A stretch of DNA of 63,940 nt, the filler included, from Dirinaria sp. TL-2023a (Eukaryota), in NCBI GenBank assembly GCA_051941275.1. It is 3 parts of 3 records of this genome, joined end to end, with 100 filler letters (N's around TTAATTAATTAA, not from the genome) between each part and the next. Parts side by side here need not be neighbours in the genome. Positions count along the whole stretch, not along the records: positions 1 to 22,207 come from JAVEBF010000231.1; positions 22,308 to 44,492 come from JAVEBF010000232.1; 1 more part is not named here. One strand, written 5' to 3'. The translations under genes were made by a program, and so were the position numbers. The notes under the pieces are model-generated. The model saw nothing but the letters and a program-made list of their open reading frames with translations. It was not told the origin of the DNA and searched no databases. This document shows, piece by piece, positions 12,232 through 25,700 of the stretch (the first letter of the stretch is position 1; each line of letters starts with the position of its first letter).

Positions 12232-15200
12232 GACTGATGACAAACTAAGTACTCAGCAAATTGGTACGAGTCAAGGCTCGTTTCAGAGTAGGTAGTGCTA
12301 AGGTAAGGTACTCTTCGGAGAAACTAGCGTACCTTAGGTACTTGAGGTAAGGTAAGATTACCTTGCAAATGTTCTGCAGCAATAGAACCCTGTGACAGCC
12401 CTAGAATGGTATAAAAGCACCCATGAAAAAGGCATCTCTCCTTCTCTTCTGCAAACCCAGTAATGATAATGCCAGGCTATGATTCTTTTTCAAAGCTGTA
12501 ACTGTAGCTCTCTCTCGCAACCATTTTCTAAACGATAAACCAGTGATTTACCCCGACTCAATGGCTTTGCCTTGGACACGCATTTGTTCACGTACCTCAT
12601 ACTCATCCACAGTTAGAGAGTCAACCCATGAAATTCATCGATTGGATCTGCGCATGGTAAAAGGATGTTTTCTACATCTACTGATAGCATAAACTCTGAC
12701 CACGACGAGGTAATGCAAGAGAGATCTTATACATTACAAAGCAAGGAAATATGACATTAGATACGAGGACCGGAAGCAAGAACACATTTTGCAACAGGAA
12801 AGCCCAAACCTGGGTTTGGCGAGAGGCTGGGATACTAGCTGAGCAAGCACTGAAATTTTTATGCTTTTCATAAGTATATTTTCGAGGTCTCCTTGTTAGC
12901 AACCGAATCCAATGCATTAGTGCGTTGTTTAAGACCGGAATGGTACGTTTGGATCTGGCTTGAGGCCTGACCAGTATCACAAAAATTGACCGAAATACGC
13001 GCGCTGTGCTTGTCAATGTTCCTCCCAATTCCCGAGACGCAGGACCTACCTCTATATCTCCTCTAAATAAAGGTCGTAAATATAGCTATAGTCGCCATGG
13101 GCACAGGCCGCAGAAGGGGGCAAGTCATCAACGTTGTAGCCATCCTCGCGGTCGCCGCAATGATGTCGCTTGACGTTAAGTTTCAAAATCCTTGGATCTT
13201 GATTAGGACCGATCTCAGCAAGGTAATGAGGTTTTGGCAGTATCACCGTGTTAGTTGTGGCGCTGCCATTCCGATCCTTCTGAAGTCGATAAGCATGCTT
13301 CTTGCGTCTATGAATTCGTTCACGTGGCGCTGGTTCTGCATATAGATCCAGAAGGCCATCGAGAGCTCTGGCAGCTTTTCGCATTCCCGACTCTTGAATC
13401 TCTTTGCCTTGGAAAGGTAAATGTGCTGGAGATGGCAAGACCGCATTTTGCCGTCGGAAGTTGCGGCGCGCAGTCTTCATTAGATGCCGCATGTGAACGA
13501 CATTCAATCCTGTGCGAGCTGCTGAGTGGTTAGCTGTCCAATGCCCATTGCAGCTTGATCTGGAGTACTGTTGGGCCTTCGATATTAGGCCGTTACCTGT
13601 CATGTTCGCGAATTGCTTGTGCCTGATCCTCGAGTGCTTAAAAATCTGCTACAGGACGAAAACCCGTGTGAGAACTTGCTCGGTGACAGATTTGAAAATC
13701 TCTCTCGAAATCGCGCGACTGTTTTTCTTTCAACGGTTAATCTGTGCGAGTGCTTCGACCAGTGGAAAACTCGTGATCAGATACCCCAAGCTTATTCAGG
13801 ATCCTTGTGAACGAACTACTCTCGAAGGTCGAACTATAAATTTCCGCCTATTTATCGTCATTGCAGAAACCGAACAAGCCCCCTCAATTCGATTGTTGAA
13901 AGGGGATGTGAGCCCTTTATTCCCATGCTCGTGCACTTGATTCTCAATAAGAGATAAAGAAGCATCGTCTGCTTTGCATTGTTCTGCTGATAGAACAAAA
14001 GGCACAAGGACATGATCTTGAAGAATTGCAACTAATTAATCCGGTCCGCAAATTTGGCCGATAAAAAGATCGTCGAACAAAACGTCCCTGAATATGCTAT
14101 TGAAAGGAATTGCACCTCTGGACAAGAGTCTAGTGATGACCAAGAGATTCCGACTCCATTATTGCATTGAGGTTCGAGCAGAACATGAATGCGCCTCGAA
14201 GGATCGGTAGCCACTTTCAGGAATAGTCAACGATCAATCCCACAGGGAGCGTAGAAGACACGAGGTGGTACTCTTCAAAAGACCGAGATGAATAGCATCT
14301 CCGCTGACCTCACGCGGAAGGAGCGATTGAAACAGCTCGCAATCAAAAGGCCAAGAACATGGTCCGCGGAGTTGTCAGTTCTTCGATCGCTCAGTTGAAC
14401 TTGAAGCGCACTGACCGTGTCGATGACGCGCTTTTTATCTCTGCAGCTTGTGATACCTAGGCATAACGCACTGACTCCGCTAATTTGGTCGGTCTCCGAC
14501 TGCTACTGCAGAACTGCCTGCCGGCGTGACAGACCATGCCCGTAGGATTACTGTTCACCGTCTCACACCGGCGATAGATCCAGCACTGCTAGAAAGCGAA
14601 ATAAAGGTCGATAGTAGTGATGGTGCGAGAGTACGAGTCGATGCACAGCCACTGTGTCAAAGTGACGTGGCGCCCCGCCTTGGCCTTGGGATCTGGGGAA
14701 TAATGGAAGCGCTCTAGAAGCCGCGAAGAGTTTCCACTAGGATGCCAATTGATTGGCTCTCGGAACCAACCACAGCGCTAAAGTACCCTGCGCCACACTC
14801 GAGTGTGGCAACAGACGGCAATAGCTCCGCAGATTTGCAGTCTGGATCCGAGTTCACCCCAGTGTACAGTACTGTAGCTTGGATCTAGTCCCTTACCTCG
14901 TAGAGTGTAGTAATCAGGCAGTATGCGCAGACCCACAACAGCGAAATTTGAGCTCGTGTTAATCAGTTTATCGGCACCACCTCCTAATGATTAGGCTTGT
15001 GCGTGCGGGGTCTGGGATTCACAGGATCGTTTGCTGAGGTCACGAACTTTCTAGTCGGTACTAGTAAGAGTACCTCGCAAAGTGACGGAGCTTAATGGGG
15101 ACAGCACGATATGTAAAACCGTAAAACGCTGCTGAATTGATCTTATGTGCGGTGCCACGTCGTTGCTCGACGAGTGCAGGGTATCTCTGAAAACAAAGAA

Positions 15201-15553
15201 GACGCAAAAAGCCAGATACATAGTGTGCCTCTCATATATAGATTATACCGCCAACAAGCAGTGCAGAAATAAAGTTGCTATCATAATTTCGTGTACGTCC
15301 AGCCATCGCTGCAGAGTATATCATAAAAACCTCGACAAGAATAATAGTGGCCAAAAAAATAAAATAAAAGTCGTTTATATCGTGCGTGATTCAGTCTAGA
15401 GCGACGAGAGGCGAGCCTCGGGGTATCTTTCAAAGCAGAACTATTAGTAAGAACATCGACAGGATGCCAAATGAGGAATAAATGTGTCGAACGAGTGGTG
15501 GTGCGGGGAAGACCGGCACTGCAGCAAGTGGCAAAGGTGATACGGAACGGTCC

Positions 15554-17988
15554 TTAATACATCAATCTCATCTCCAAAGGTAGCTGCGGCACGGCCTGGC
15601 CCGGCTCCTGCTTGAAGGATACTGCAGAGTCAATGGCGGAAAACTCCACTGCCATGTCCTGGCCTTCTGGTAGTTCTTGGACAACCTCGTCATCCACCAT
15701 GATCTTGAGGCCTTTGGAATTGACACGGGTAGCCCGGCGAACGCGTGAAGGCTCCACCTGACATTTGGTGGTGATACTTCTAATAAGGTCTTCGACGGTT
15801 CTCGCCATCAAGTATACCGCCCGATAATAGTCATCTTCTGGTGCGCGACCTTTAACTTTGATGAGTACGTAGAAACAGGCGACAGGTTTAATTGGCCGCT
15901 CTGGAGGGGCTTTGTAAGATGGGTCAACGCCGAGTGCCTCGAACCAATCGGGGAACGCGCCATCACAGGGTCCTTTCTGAATCTTCACAGCTTCACTCCC
16001 CAGGACTGGCCCAGCATCGATCGCCGAATGCTTCAGCTGGGTATTTCCCAGAGGTGTAAAATTGTCCCAATCCACTGATGCGTGGCGCGAAGCCGAGTAG
16101 AAGGCAGAGTTCTGAAGCACTGCGTGCTCTTCCATTGGTGGTTGTGATTGTGACTGCATCGACTGCGGAGCTGGTGTAGGGGATTCAAGGCAAGAAGTAG
16201 TGGGAGTGGCTTGACTCGTACCAGTGCTTTGGCGCGTGTCCCAGGATGCCTTGCGGCTGACAGTGCCGCTCTGAGGTACGTCTGCTCGTTGACCAGGCAG
16301 TGTCACTGGATATTGGTCCGGATCGTCCTCAGGGTAGCCTTTTAGATGCAGGAGACTGACGGGTCGAGTTGAGGTGAACATAGCCTCGGTCGAGGCAAGT
16401 TTTGTGTGAAGGTCGTCATCAAATGCAGGACGACCCCCGGAGTTCTGAGATGAGACTGACGATGACCGTTTGTGCTTTTGCACTTTAGCAGGCCGATTGC
16501 TGCCCCCTTTCGTGGCCATTGAGCCGCTGCGCTTCCGTTTTCCAGATTGCATGGATCCACTCTCTGCTTGCGCTATTTGTTGCTTAAGCTTCTCAATCGT
16601 CTTTTTGATGTGAGCCACGTCATTAGAGAGTTTCCTTTCCGCACCATGATCTCTGAATAGTTTTACTTTGCAGAAGCACACCTCGGCGGTCGGTCCTGGT
16701 GGGGTATCCGGAGTACCAGAAGATATGACCTCTGTCTTTGCACAAAGGCGTACTGGAATGCCCTTGACACCCTTGGAGTGACTGAAGTCGGTCGACAGGA
16801 AATTGAAGCGGACCGCTACAGAACAGTCTGCTGTTGCTGCCGAGGACGGTGGCGTCCAGATGATAGAAAAGCAGTCGAAAGATGAGTTTTCAAGCTCTAC
16901 CCTCGGCCGCCGTCCTTCTTCGCCAGCACCACCTTGGTTGGCATCAACATACTCCACAGCTTGCAGGCGGCCCCCTCTCATATGAGCCTCAGCCAACCCT
17001 CGCCCTTCCTTCCAGAGCTGCCAGCAGGCTGAAGGTCGCTGTCGCTGCTGCTCGTCTTCGAAAGATATACGGATGACGGTGCGATACTTGACTGGCGCAG
17101 GCTTAGGGTCCAATGGCTGGCTGTCAGAGATTGATACTGAGTATGCTTGTCCTTTGTTAAGGTATGTGATAGGAATTTCCTCAGCACTCTTGACCATCGC
17201 CGTTGGTGCATTTAGCGTGACTCTGTACCGGAATCTGAAAAGTGACCCAGTCAGTAGTGGTAGATTGAAGGGTATTGAGATCCTTACTGTTCCATTGACT
17301 GAAGGCCTAACGTAGGCATGGCGGTGTTGAAAGGTCGTAATGTGGATGGCGCAACATTGGTATCCGGTTGTGACCCGCTGTTCAGACCCATCTCCTGTTT
17401 AGGGGTCATATGATGCGAAAGCTCCATACCACCAAACCCAGAGTCTTGATGCACAAATGAGCTCGGAGCATAGGACTGTTGCTGCGCGAACGCATTTGGC
17501 GGTTGAAATGCGTTTGAGCTCAACACGCTAGGATGAAAGCCATGCATCTCAATCGCAGATGTAGCGTGCACTTGTCCATCGACAGTAGGCATGGAGAGAG
17601 GCGTCCCCAATTGGAATCCTACTCCAGGAGTGTGAAGATCTCCGGCTCGATTGTGATATATTGTGTTGGCTGCGCCAAGCGTAGGGGTATAATATCCGGA
17701 GGGCTGGTTTGTGAATGAGGGAAGTACCAGAGAGTTGCTGTCAAGCAGAGGTGTAAAGCGCCAGTGGTCTTGAGAATCTACCTGGTCAAGACCGATGTCT
17801 TTCCTGTCTTCGAGCTCGCCGAATGGCCTACCATGTTTGGTCAGTCAATTGCACTGCCCGACATAGACAAACGATCAAGATATACTATGTTGATAAATCA
17901 ATCCGCCAGCAGGACCTCACATAAAGAAAGCAAACTATATCAAATGAGAGAACTCTTTGGGAAATTCATTGCCTCACCTAGTATCCAT
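15554..17988 (-). CDS. Grainyhead/CP2 family transcription factor
   Basis: CP2 domain motifs (EIPITYLNKGQAY, VRFNFLSTDFSHSKGVKGIPVRLCAKT, CKVKLFRDHGAERKL) and a C-terminal YRAVYLMART..DDEVVQELPEGQDM. Upstream exons carry WRFTP...YYTPT...AGDLHTPG. Predicted start MDTR| at 17988. Confidence 0.9.
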
Positions 17989-20879
17989 GGCTGAGTCGGA
18001 GAGGGGACCTGAAGCTGCGGCGATGGCGCTATGAGACGACAGTACTGTGGACTGCCGTATAGTGCCAGGTCCTAGGCCTGGATACAAGCTTTTGAAGGTA
18101 GCATAGAGGTCATCGTTCGGCTTCTGCGAGTTCTTCCTGTAGATCGAGGGTCAGATGTTGATTCAAAGGATGATCGAGCAGCTGATATTCGCTGGAGCTG
18201 CCCAAGACGAAGAAGAGACCGAGATGGTGGGTACGAGTTGAGTTACTGACCGGTTGCGAAACATGGAGCGATATAAGAGTCCTTTGCTGGGACTCTATAT
18301 ATACTGTGGCTAGTGTGCCTGTGTGGCTCTGTTCTGCGCTGTGCAGGATCTTGCAGGTGTGCGAAGAAAAGTGCCGACACGAACGAAGCTGAGAGCCACA
18401 GCATATGTAGAAGTACTCTGGCGGAGGGTACAGGGGATACCGGGGGGGGGTGTGGGTGTGAGAGGGCAAGACCCAGGTAAAATTGAGGCCTAATTGAGCG
18501 CGCGGTAGCGTCATGCTTGACACGTACCGTCAGAAAGGCCCACACCCCCTGGTAGCCTCCCCTGGTGGGGGACTGGGGGGAGTCACGTTTAGTTCCTTAG
18601 GTCATTATTCGAGCATGTTCAGTCGAAAAGGGTAGAGGGTTATGCCGGTGTGTGGAAATTTCTGCCGTTGGAAGCTTGTGAGGGTCCTGAGGGACGTCGG
18701 CACGAAATGTGGGCAAGCAAGCGCCACACATTCGACTGGCGGTGCAACGCTAGCCCAGCCTTAGCTCGCCCCCGGGGTCTGGACGTTTGGAATTGGCACC
18801 AGCCAAACGGACGCCCTCAATCGCACTTAATTACGCCATTCCTGGACACTCGCTAAGTAATTGGAGGGGGCCAAGCATGCACTCCCTGGCTTCCCGTCAA
18901 CCTATCAATCTCCTTTTTCACTCCCTCTCTCACCTTCTCTCACGATGATCGCTCCCTGGGACCCTGAATCCCGACCGATCATATCCGTTTCCAGCCTGAA
19001 CTGCCGGCATCCGACGCACCTCGTCGATTCTTCACCAGAAAGAATTTCATATACCCCAGCAACGATCAGTGGCTCAACTCTCCCATCAATTCTTCCACAA
19101 GGGCGATCTTTGGTCGCCTACCCAGCATCAGCCACACTGGTGACACGTTCCATGTCGATCCCCATTACCAGGCCTGGGTCAAGATCGACCCAAACGTCCG
19201 TCCTGGCTCCAAGTGGGGGAACACGGCCCAAAAACCAATTTCACCGCTGCACAGACTTTCGCAAAAAGGTACTGCCTATAATCTCTTAATTTGGCTACGG
19301 TAAAGTATGCCGGTGTAGCACGGGACCTAGGTAGTTGTAAAGCTTTGGCGGCATCATTAAGCTGCCTGACCTAGCAGCAACAACCCGAAAAGTGCAGAGC
19401 TGCATAGATGATCATCCGTTCCACCGGTATTCTGTCAATGCGACGATGGCGACGATGGGTGCTACGAGTGCGACATTAATGTTTGGGACGATAAGATGCA
19501 GAATTAGGTACAAGTAACCCTCGGCGCTTGCAGTTTTGTCAATGCCTATGACACACTGGACGCGGTGGAGGGTGTGCGACTGTGGGAATTGCTCATTTTG
19601 CGCTTTGAGACAACCAATAAAGTCGCAAGCGCCGAGGTCCACTCCTTATGTCATTCATCCTCTATGCATCTCTCTGAATTATTGAATCATCCGAGATGGT
19701 CTCAATTAGCTACCTTTCCTTTCACCCTTGCTTTTGGAAGGTACAACATCTTGAATTGCAGTGTAAAGAGACGCGCCAGCTGAGATACTGGCCAGACCGC
19801 GTAAGTACATAGAGAAAGCGGATGTCAGAATTCAAAGAAAATTCCATTGCACAGCCACAGGCCTCGACGAAATCCACGTGTTGAGAAGCGAGTTGCGGGA
19901 GTCGGGTCTGCACTCCGCATCCCCCAACTCCATGCGATCGCGATCTAGAAACGCCGCTAAATTAGCGGTGGCTAGTGATGTGGCGCATGCAAATGGTTAT
20001 CGCAGCTGAAGCTCCGTATGCTGCGACGCTGCATCCTTATGTCCTTCCCACACAATGATTTTCTAGTTGCACGTCCAAATGTGCCGTCGAAAATTGCCGA
20101 AACTACTTTACGCGTTGCAAAGAGTCCGTACGGCAAAGACATTCTGCCGAAATTTGGTATGCTGTTTGCAGGCGATATGCGTCACGATCAACAAATCGTC
20201 GATAGAGGGGCAAATAAGGCAGCATACTATGGTACGCTATACATTGCAAGCTGAATATGTCCGTTCGAAACTCGTCAGCAGCGGCAAAAAAATATGCACT
20301 GTTCTGATGCCATTTTCCTTACGTATGGCTTCACTGGTTGCGTAAGCTCATCATCCTGCACATGACTGCGCCTAATGGGACAAATATCCCAGTGGCGTAT
20401 GGAGGCATCTTTTGCAGGAGAAAATTTATGATCAGTGACGGGCACGACGCACGACGCCTGAATCATTGGGACGTTCCACAAATTCCACAGAAAATACTAA
20501 CAGGCTGGCATTGGTGCGGCCCTGCACAAGTGGAGATTTGCTTTGATATTCTCCAGAAAAGGACTGCTTCGTTAAGGTACTCTCCCTTGTTATTTGTAGG
20601 ATGATAATATTCAAAAGGAAACTCCCTGATACGAGAACGAGAATTTTATGCAGGCACTGCCGTCGGTACTGAGCAGAGGACCCTAAGTAAGCCCTAGGTA
20701 GAAATTTCGAACCCGCTTCACAGCGATAAGATGGCTTGGCAGATCTATTGCGGCTTCAGAGATAGCCATCCTCATGATGACGCGGTATGATCAATACCCT
20801 TATTGCAGAGCTCTAAGCTTCCGCCATCCCCCCTACGTGAGCCTATCTATGCCATACCATCACTATCGTCATTCATAAA

Positions 20880-22207
20880 ATGAACTCGTCGCCCTCAGAT
20901 TCTCCGGCGAACAAAGACAGAGCTTCCCCCGCTCCCTCAACAGCGACTGGAAAGAGCACAGCCTCCGGAGAGACACCGACTGCTTCATTACCCGACTCAT
21001 ACGTTTCGGACAAACCTGTTGATGATAGTTCCAAGCTTAAGACATTTCTGAGCATACTTCGAAAGTGCGCAAGGCTTAAGTGTTCCCTGCCCGGCGTTCC
21101 CGAGCTACACCGCGGTGTGATCAAGTTCTCAACTTTGAGCCTATCGGCTGACCCTTTTCTCTATCAGGTTTATTGGCGTGACGGATATAGCTTCTGTCAG
21201 ATTCTCTTTGCCGGCGCAATTGCTTGAACCTACACCCAATCTCGGTGCGGACAGAGAACTTGCCTTCTCACGGCATCTGCTAATGTAACGACAGAATATT
21301 GGAATTACTTGGATCGGCCTGAGACATTCGTCGGGTTAGCTCTTTCACGTTTTGCACAGGAACGAAAGGCTGATTGGTGATTCTAGCATCGGCGATTCGG
21401 ATGATGACTTGGGGCGCATGCTAGCCGTATTGCGGTTTTGGTTTACAAAGGATTTGGTATCTTTCCACTTCTCGAGACACATCACATTGGCTAAGCTGAC
21501 ACTTCTTGTGAAGAAATACGTGAAAGGAAAACCGTGCAAGCCCTATAATTCAACGCTGGGGGAATTCTTCCGAGTATGTTTGGGTGCTGGACACTGATGA
21601 TACGGATTATTGATTGCCGTTAGTGTAATTGGGACGTCGAAGACAAGGTGCCCACTATAATTGGCGATGGACACAAAGAATCCGCCAACAGAGCCGTCAA
21701 TACCGACAAAAAGGTAGACACGGCTGGAAAGCCCGTGCGTGTTTCCTACATCACCGAGCAGACTTCGCATCATCCGCCGGTCTCCGCTTTCTGGGTCGAC
21801 TGCCCGGTCAAAGGCATCTCGGCATATGGGTTCGATCAGCTGAGCGCGAAGTTCACTGGCACAAGCATCCGTGTCATGCCCGGCGCCCACAACCTCGGCA
21901 TCTTCATAAGACTGGCGCAGCGGAACAACGAGGAATACCAGCTCACCCATCCGACCGCTTTCCTGGGAGGTATAATACGCGGGTCGCTGTCTGTGACGGT
22001 GGCCGATACCTGCTACGTAACGTGCCCGAAAACGAAGACCAAGACCATCCTCCATTATCTCGAGGAGAGCTGGCTTGGCAAGACGCAGAACCGAGTCAAC
22101 GGAGTGGTCTACCGATACGACCCAGAAAACGATAGCAAGACGCGGATAAAAGACGTGGCGGAGAAAGATATCTTGGCTAGAATCGAAGGCTGCTGGCACG
22201 ATCAAGT
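20880..22207 (+). CDS. Oxysterol-binding protein (OSH6/7-like), 3' end lost in gap
   Basis: KLKTFLSILRKFIG...VRFSLPAQLLEP, KPYNSTLGEFF and the OSBP signature EQTSHHPP; several introns; the ORF runs into the N gap. Confidence 0.88.
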
Positions 22208-22307
22208 NNNNNNNNNNNNNNNNNNNNNNNNNNNNNNNNNNNNNNNNNNNNTTAATTAATTAANNNNNNNNNNNNNNNNNNNNNNNNNNNNNNNNNNNNN
22301 NNNNNNN
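22208..22307. other. Artificial assembly spacer (44 N + TTAATTAATTAA + 44 N)
   Basis: 100-nt spacer with a six-frame stop linker at 22252-22263. Confidence 0.97.
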
Positions 22308-22718
22308 CAAAAATTTGAATCAACGAAACGAGATGAAAATAACGATGATTTTTACAGTTTCCAATCATAACACCATATCCAAAGCTCGATTAAATCTATG
22401 AAAAAAAAAAATTAAAAAAAACGCGGGTCTTATAGACCGCTCTCAACAGTAGAAGAGAGAGAGAGAGGACGAGCATCAAAACAAAACTCAGACGATCACG
22501 AAAAGCGAACATGAACCAACACATCAGCCTAAAAAATTCAAACAACCGTAAGAATAATTCCTTTAAAAGGGAATAGTGGCTATTCTACACTACCCAAGAA
22601 GAAAGGAAACGCTGCTGGAGCCCAGTCCAATCCCATCTTACGCACACTTCCATGCTTTCTCTTCCCAATGCCGCTGGCCACTACACCACTCCTGCACCCG
22701 CCTATCAGCCTCATGGGT

Positions 22719-25700
22719 TTACAGAATCCGCACCTCGAAATCTGCATTTTCGTCGCAAAACTCCACCGCATCCTGCATAGCCGCATCATCGGACTCGTAG
22801 CCTTCGTCTTCGAAGAAGCCGTTTTCCACGCTAGGCCGGGGCGGGAACGAATCATGTTCATGAAGAGGCACCCTTGTTGTAGTATCCAAATCCATGGGTG
22901 TCGGCGGCGCTGGTAAAAAAGTAGTGGACGAAGGTGTGTCGAGAGCCGTTGGGGTTAATGATGAGCTTTCTAAGGCCGTAGGGCGTGGGATTCCATCATC
23001 ACCATCATCATCATCATCTTCTTCATCATCTGTATCCATCATATCGATACCCGAGTCACGCTCCGAGCCCCCGTCAGTGGCTGAAGCATAGCCCGAATCT
23101 ACGTTCGATGCCTGGTTTTCCAAACTGCGGCGACTAATACCTTGCCAGGAGGTATTGGGTGCGGTCTGAAAACTGGTCGCGGAATTTGTGCCATCGTAGC
23201 CAGGAGGGGTCGCTGTGTACGATGGGACCCATGGAGCGTTTTTCATGATCCAGTCTCCATCGTCGTCTTCATCTCCAACGATATCACCATTCGAAAGCAC
23301 AGTGAGTTTCCTGACCGAAATGTTGAGGCGACTGCTAATGTCCCACCTCCTCAGGAAGCCATCGGCGGAAAAGCCCCACACCGCGACACTGCCGTTTGAT
23401 GCATCGACACACACATTTTCGAGTTCATTCACCTGGGCAACTTCGATTCCACGGATCAGCATTGGCCATGCGATTGTTAGCGCCCCATTACTAGTCTCGG
23501 CATGTTCCTTCTTGCCCTCATATGTGTCATACTGGTCGAGCCATTCGAGCTGAGTATGCTCTGCTTCACTACAACTAGCGACAAACATGTCCCTTGGCAC
23601 AGAGAATAACCAAACACATCCGTTGCTATAGCCGACGGCAATCCTGACTCCCCATGATAGCTCTGTTGCCGCTGCATAGCATTTGGGTACAGCGTTCATG
23701 TTGGCCGTCTGCAGGATGGCTCTTTTCGCGAACTTACTTCCAGACGTATCTGCATCGGGTCGCTCAGAACCAAGACAAACCTCGCCAGTTTCTACGTCTG
23801 TGAACAAGACATGATATCCGTCACTGAGCGGGACGGCATGATAGTGGTTCGGCTGGTCAGTAAGCGGTGATTCTTTACAGGGGTCAAATGCCATATTACT
23901 TGTGCATTCCCAGGCCATCTCATCCTGGCGTCCTTCCAGCATTTGAGGAGCGAATTTGGTCAACAATGCTGTCTGCTCGCTAGGATGTGCCACACTAGAG
24001 GCAAGCCGGAGTCTGTTGAGTGTGTCAACGCCAGCTCTCGGCGGTATGAAGTGCAAATAGTCGCTCGGATTGACGAGGGGAAACCATCGAGTCTTATTCT
24101 GTCCGTCTGAAGGATCCGTCCAATGAATCTCAATACCTGCAGAACACCCGAAGGCGACACACCGTCGTTGGGGACAGATAGCAACGTTTCGAGGTGGATC
24201 CTCGGGCGAGCAGACATTCGAGTATATGCTGCGGGGGCCCCTCTCGACGGGTATGCTGGTCTCTGGCGAAGTTAGATCATAACGCTCAGGTGTATCAGTC
24301 AGAGGCGATTCTCCTTTCGCCCACGGACACATTTCTCCCTTTTGGTTGTAGAAAGCTAATGACGAATTTGGTCGAGGTTCGTCAATCTCCATTTCGTCGT
24401 CAGAGCCCTCCAGGCTCCACCTTGAGCCGTACTTCCAGGATATTGACGGTATGCGAGATATGGGATTTTCTTGCCGAGGTTGGGTGTTTTGCAGGTCACA
24501 AACTAGGCCAATGCGGTCTTCGAGTAAAGCTGCCACGGCAAAGCATCCGTAAGAGGTATCCATGGATACGGCAAGAACACGCCGAGGGCACACTATGCTT
24601 GTCACAGCTTCTACGGCTTTGAGGTCGTCTCCATGGAAGAGCCGCGTTTTCATGCCAAGCGAGAAGACATAAATTGTGCATTCGTTTACCACAAGCACGT
24701 ACTTGCCGCAAACGCTAGGATTGAGGCTGGTGGCTCGACTCTGCTTGGAAGCATGCTTTGATCCTAATGTAAGCTTCGAGAAATTGATTTCCAGACCAAG
24801 TGCTAGAGCTGGATCATTGGTCGAGGCAGATAGTTGTTGGAATGCATCGAAACTTGGTACACTCGCAGCGCAGCGCCGTAGAAGCCCAGTACCACTCCAA
24901 TTAGGCATCAGTTGGCACTCGGTGGCGAGCCGTTTGCTGAGTGGCCATTCATTGGTAATAACCATCTGCGGACTGCGCTCTATCATGTCTTCATCTGCTA
25001 TAGCTGCGCCAAACCAGCCTCCACGCTTGAGCTCGTGCTTTAAGAGTTCCGGATCTAAACTTGCAATCATCCACGCCCGGCAGGTGTGTCTAGCAGAATT
25101 AAAGTCCACAGGGCCGAGGTGTCGATAGATCTGTTGCAAGATTTCGGTAGGTAGCCGAAAAGTAGCGGGCGTTGCCAGCGGGCGAACTTGCGATATGGAC
25201 AAGGACCAAGAGCGGCAACATAGCCGTATCGCTAGGTACGTTGGGAAGTCGATCAAAGGTAGAAGATGCTCAAAGAAGCTTGTCGGTAAGTCTATTTCCC
25301 GATGCTGCTGGCGACGGAGACCCAGAATGGCGAATGTATCTCTATGTCCTCCAAACCTTGTAAGATCTATGGAGCCTTCGAAAATGGGAGGAGTAGCGGC
25401 GATAAGCTCGGACAAATTGGTTGTCACCCTTTCGTATGGGAATGGTTCCAGAATGGAATCATCATCCAAGCCCTCCGCCATTGAGCACGCGTTCTGGCTC
25501 GTGGAGAGTAAATTGTACGATTGATCGATTGGGGTCCACGGATTAGTCTCGCGCCTCGAGATAGCTCGTGAAACAATCGAGCCAACGACACTTGGTGGCT
25601 TCCCGCTGATGGGACTTTCTCGACTGCTCGGAGTATTTGATTGATCCGCCGCCGGTGGTAGTTTCTCAGTCGGGGTGCTGCGCAAGGTGGCCCCAGCACT

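Noticed and set aside
14792..14809. Perfect 18-bp palindrome GCCACACTCGAGTGTGGC
   Set aside because: About 0.25 such palindromes are expected by chance in 64 kb, and there is no supporting context
18248..18255. GACCGGTT near-match to the Grainyhead site upstream of the Grainyhead gene
   Set aside because: A single 7/8 match is expected by chance
22252..22263. TTAATTAATTAA palindrome, repeated at 44537-44548
   Set aside because: Centred in identical N padding, so it is an artificial six-frame stop linker. True gap sizes are unknown: the missing OSBP and methyltransferase 3' ends need more than 100 nt.
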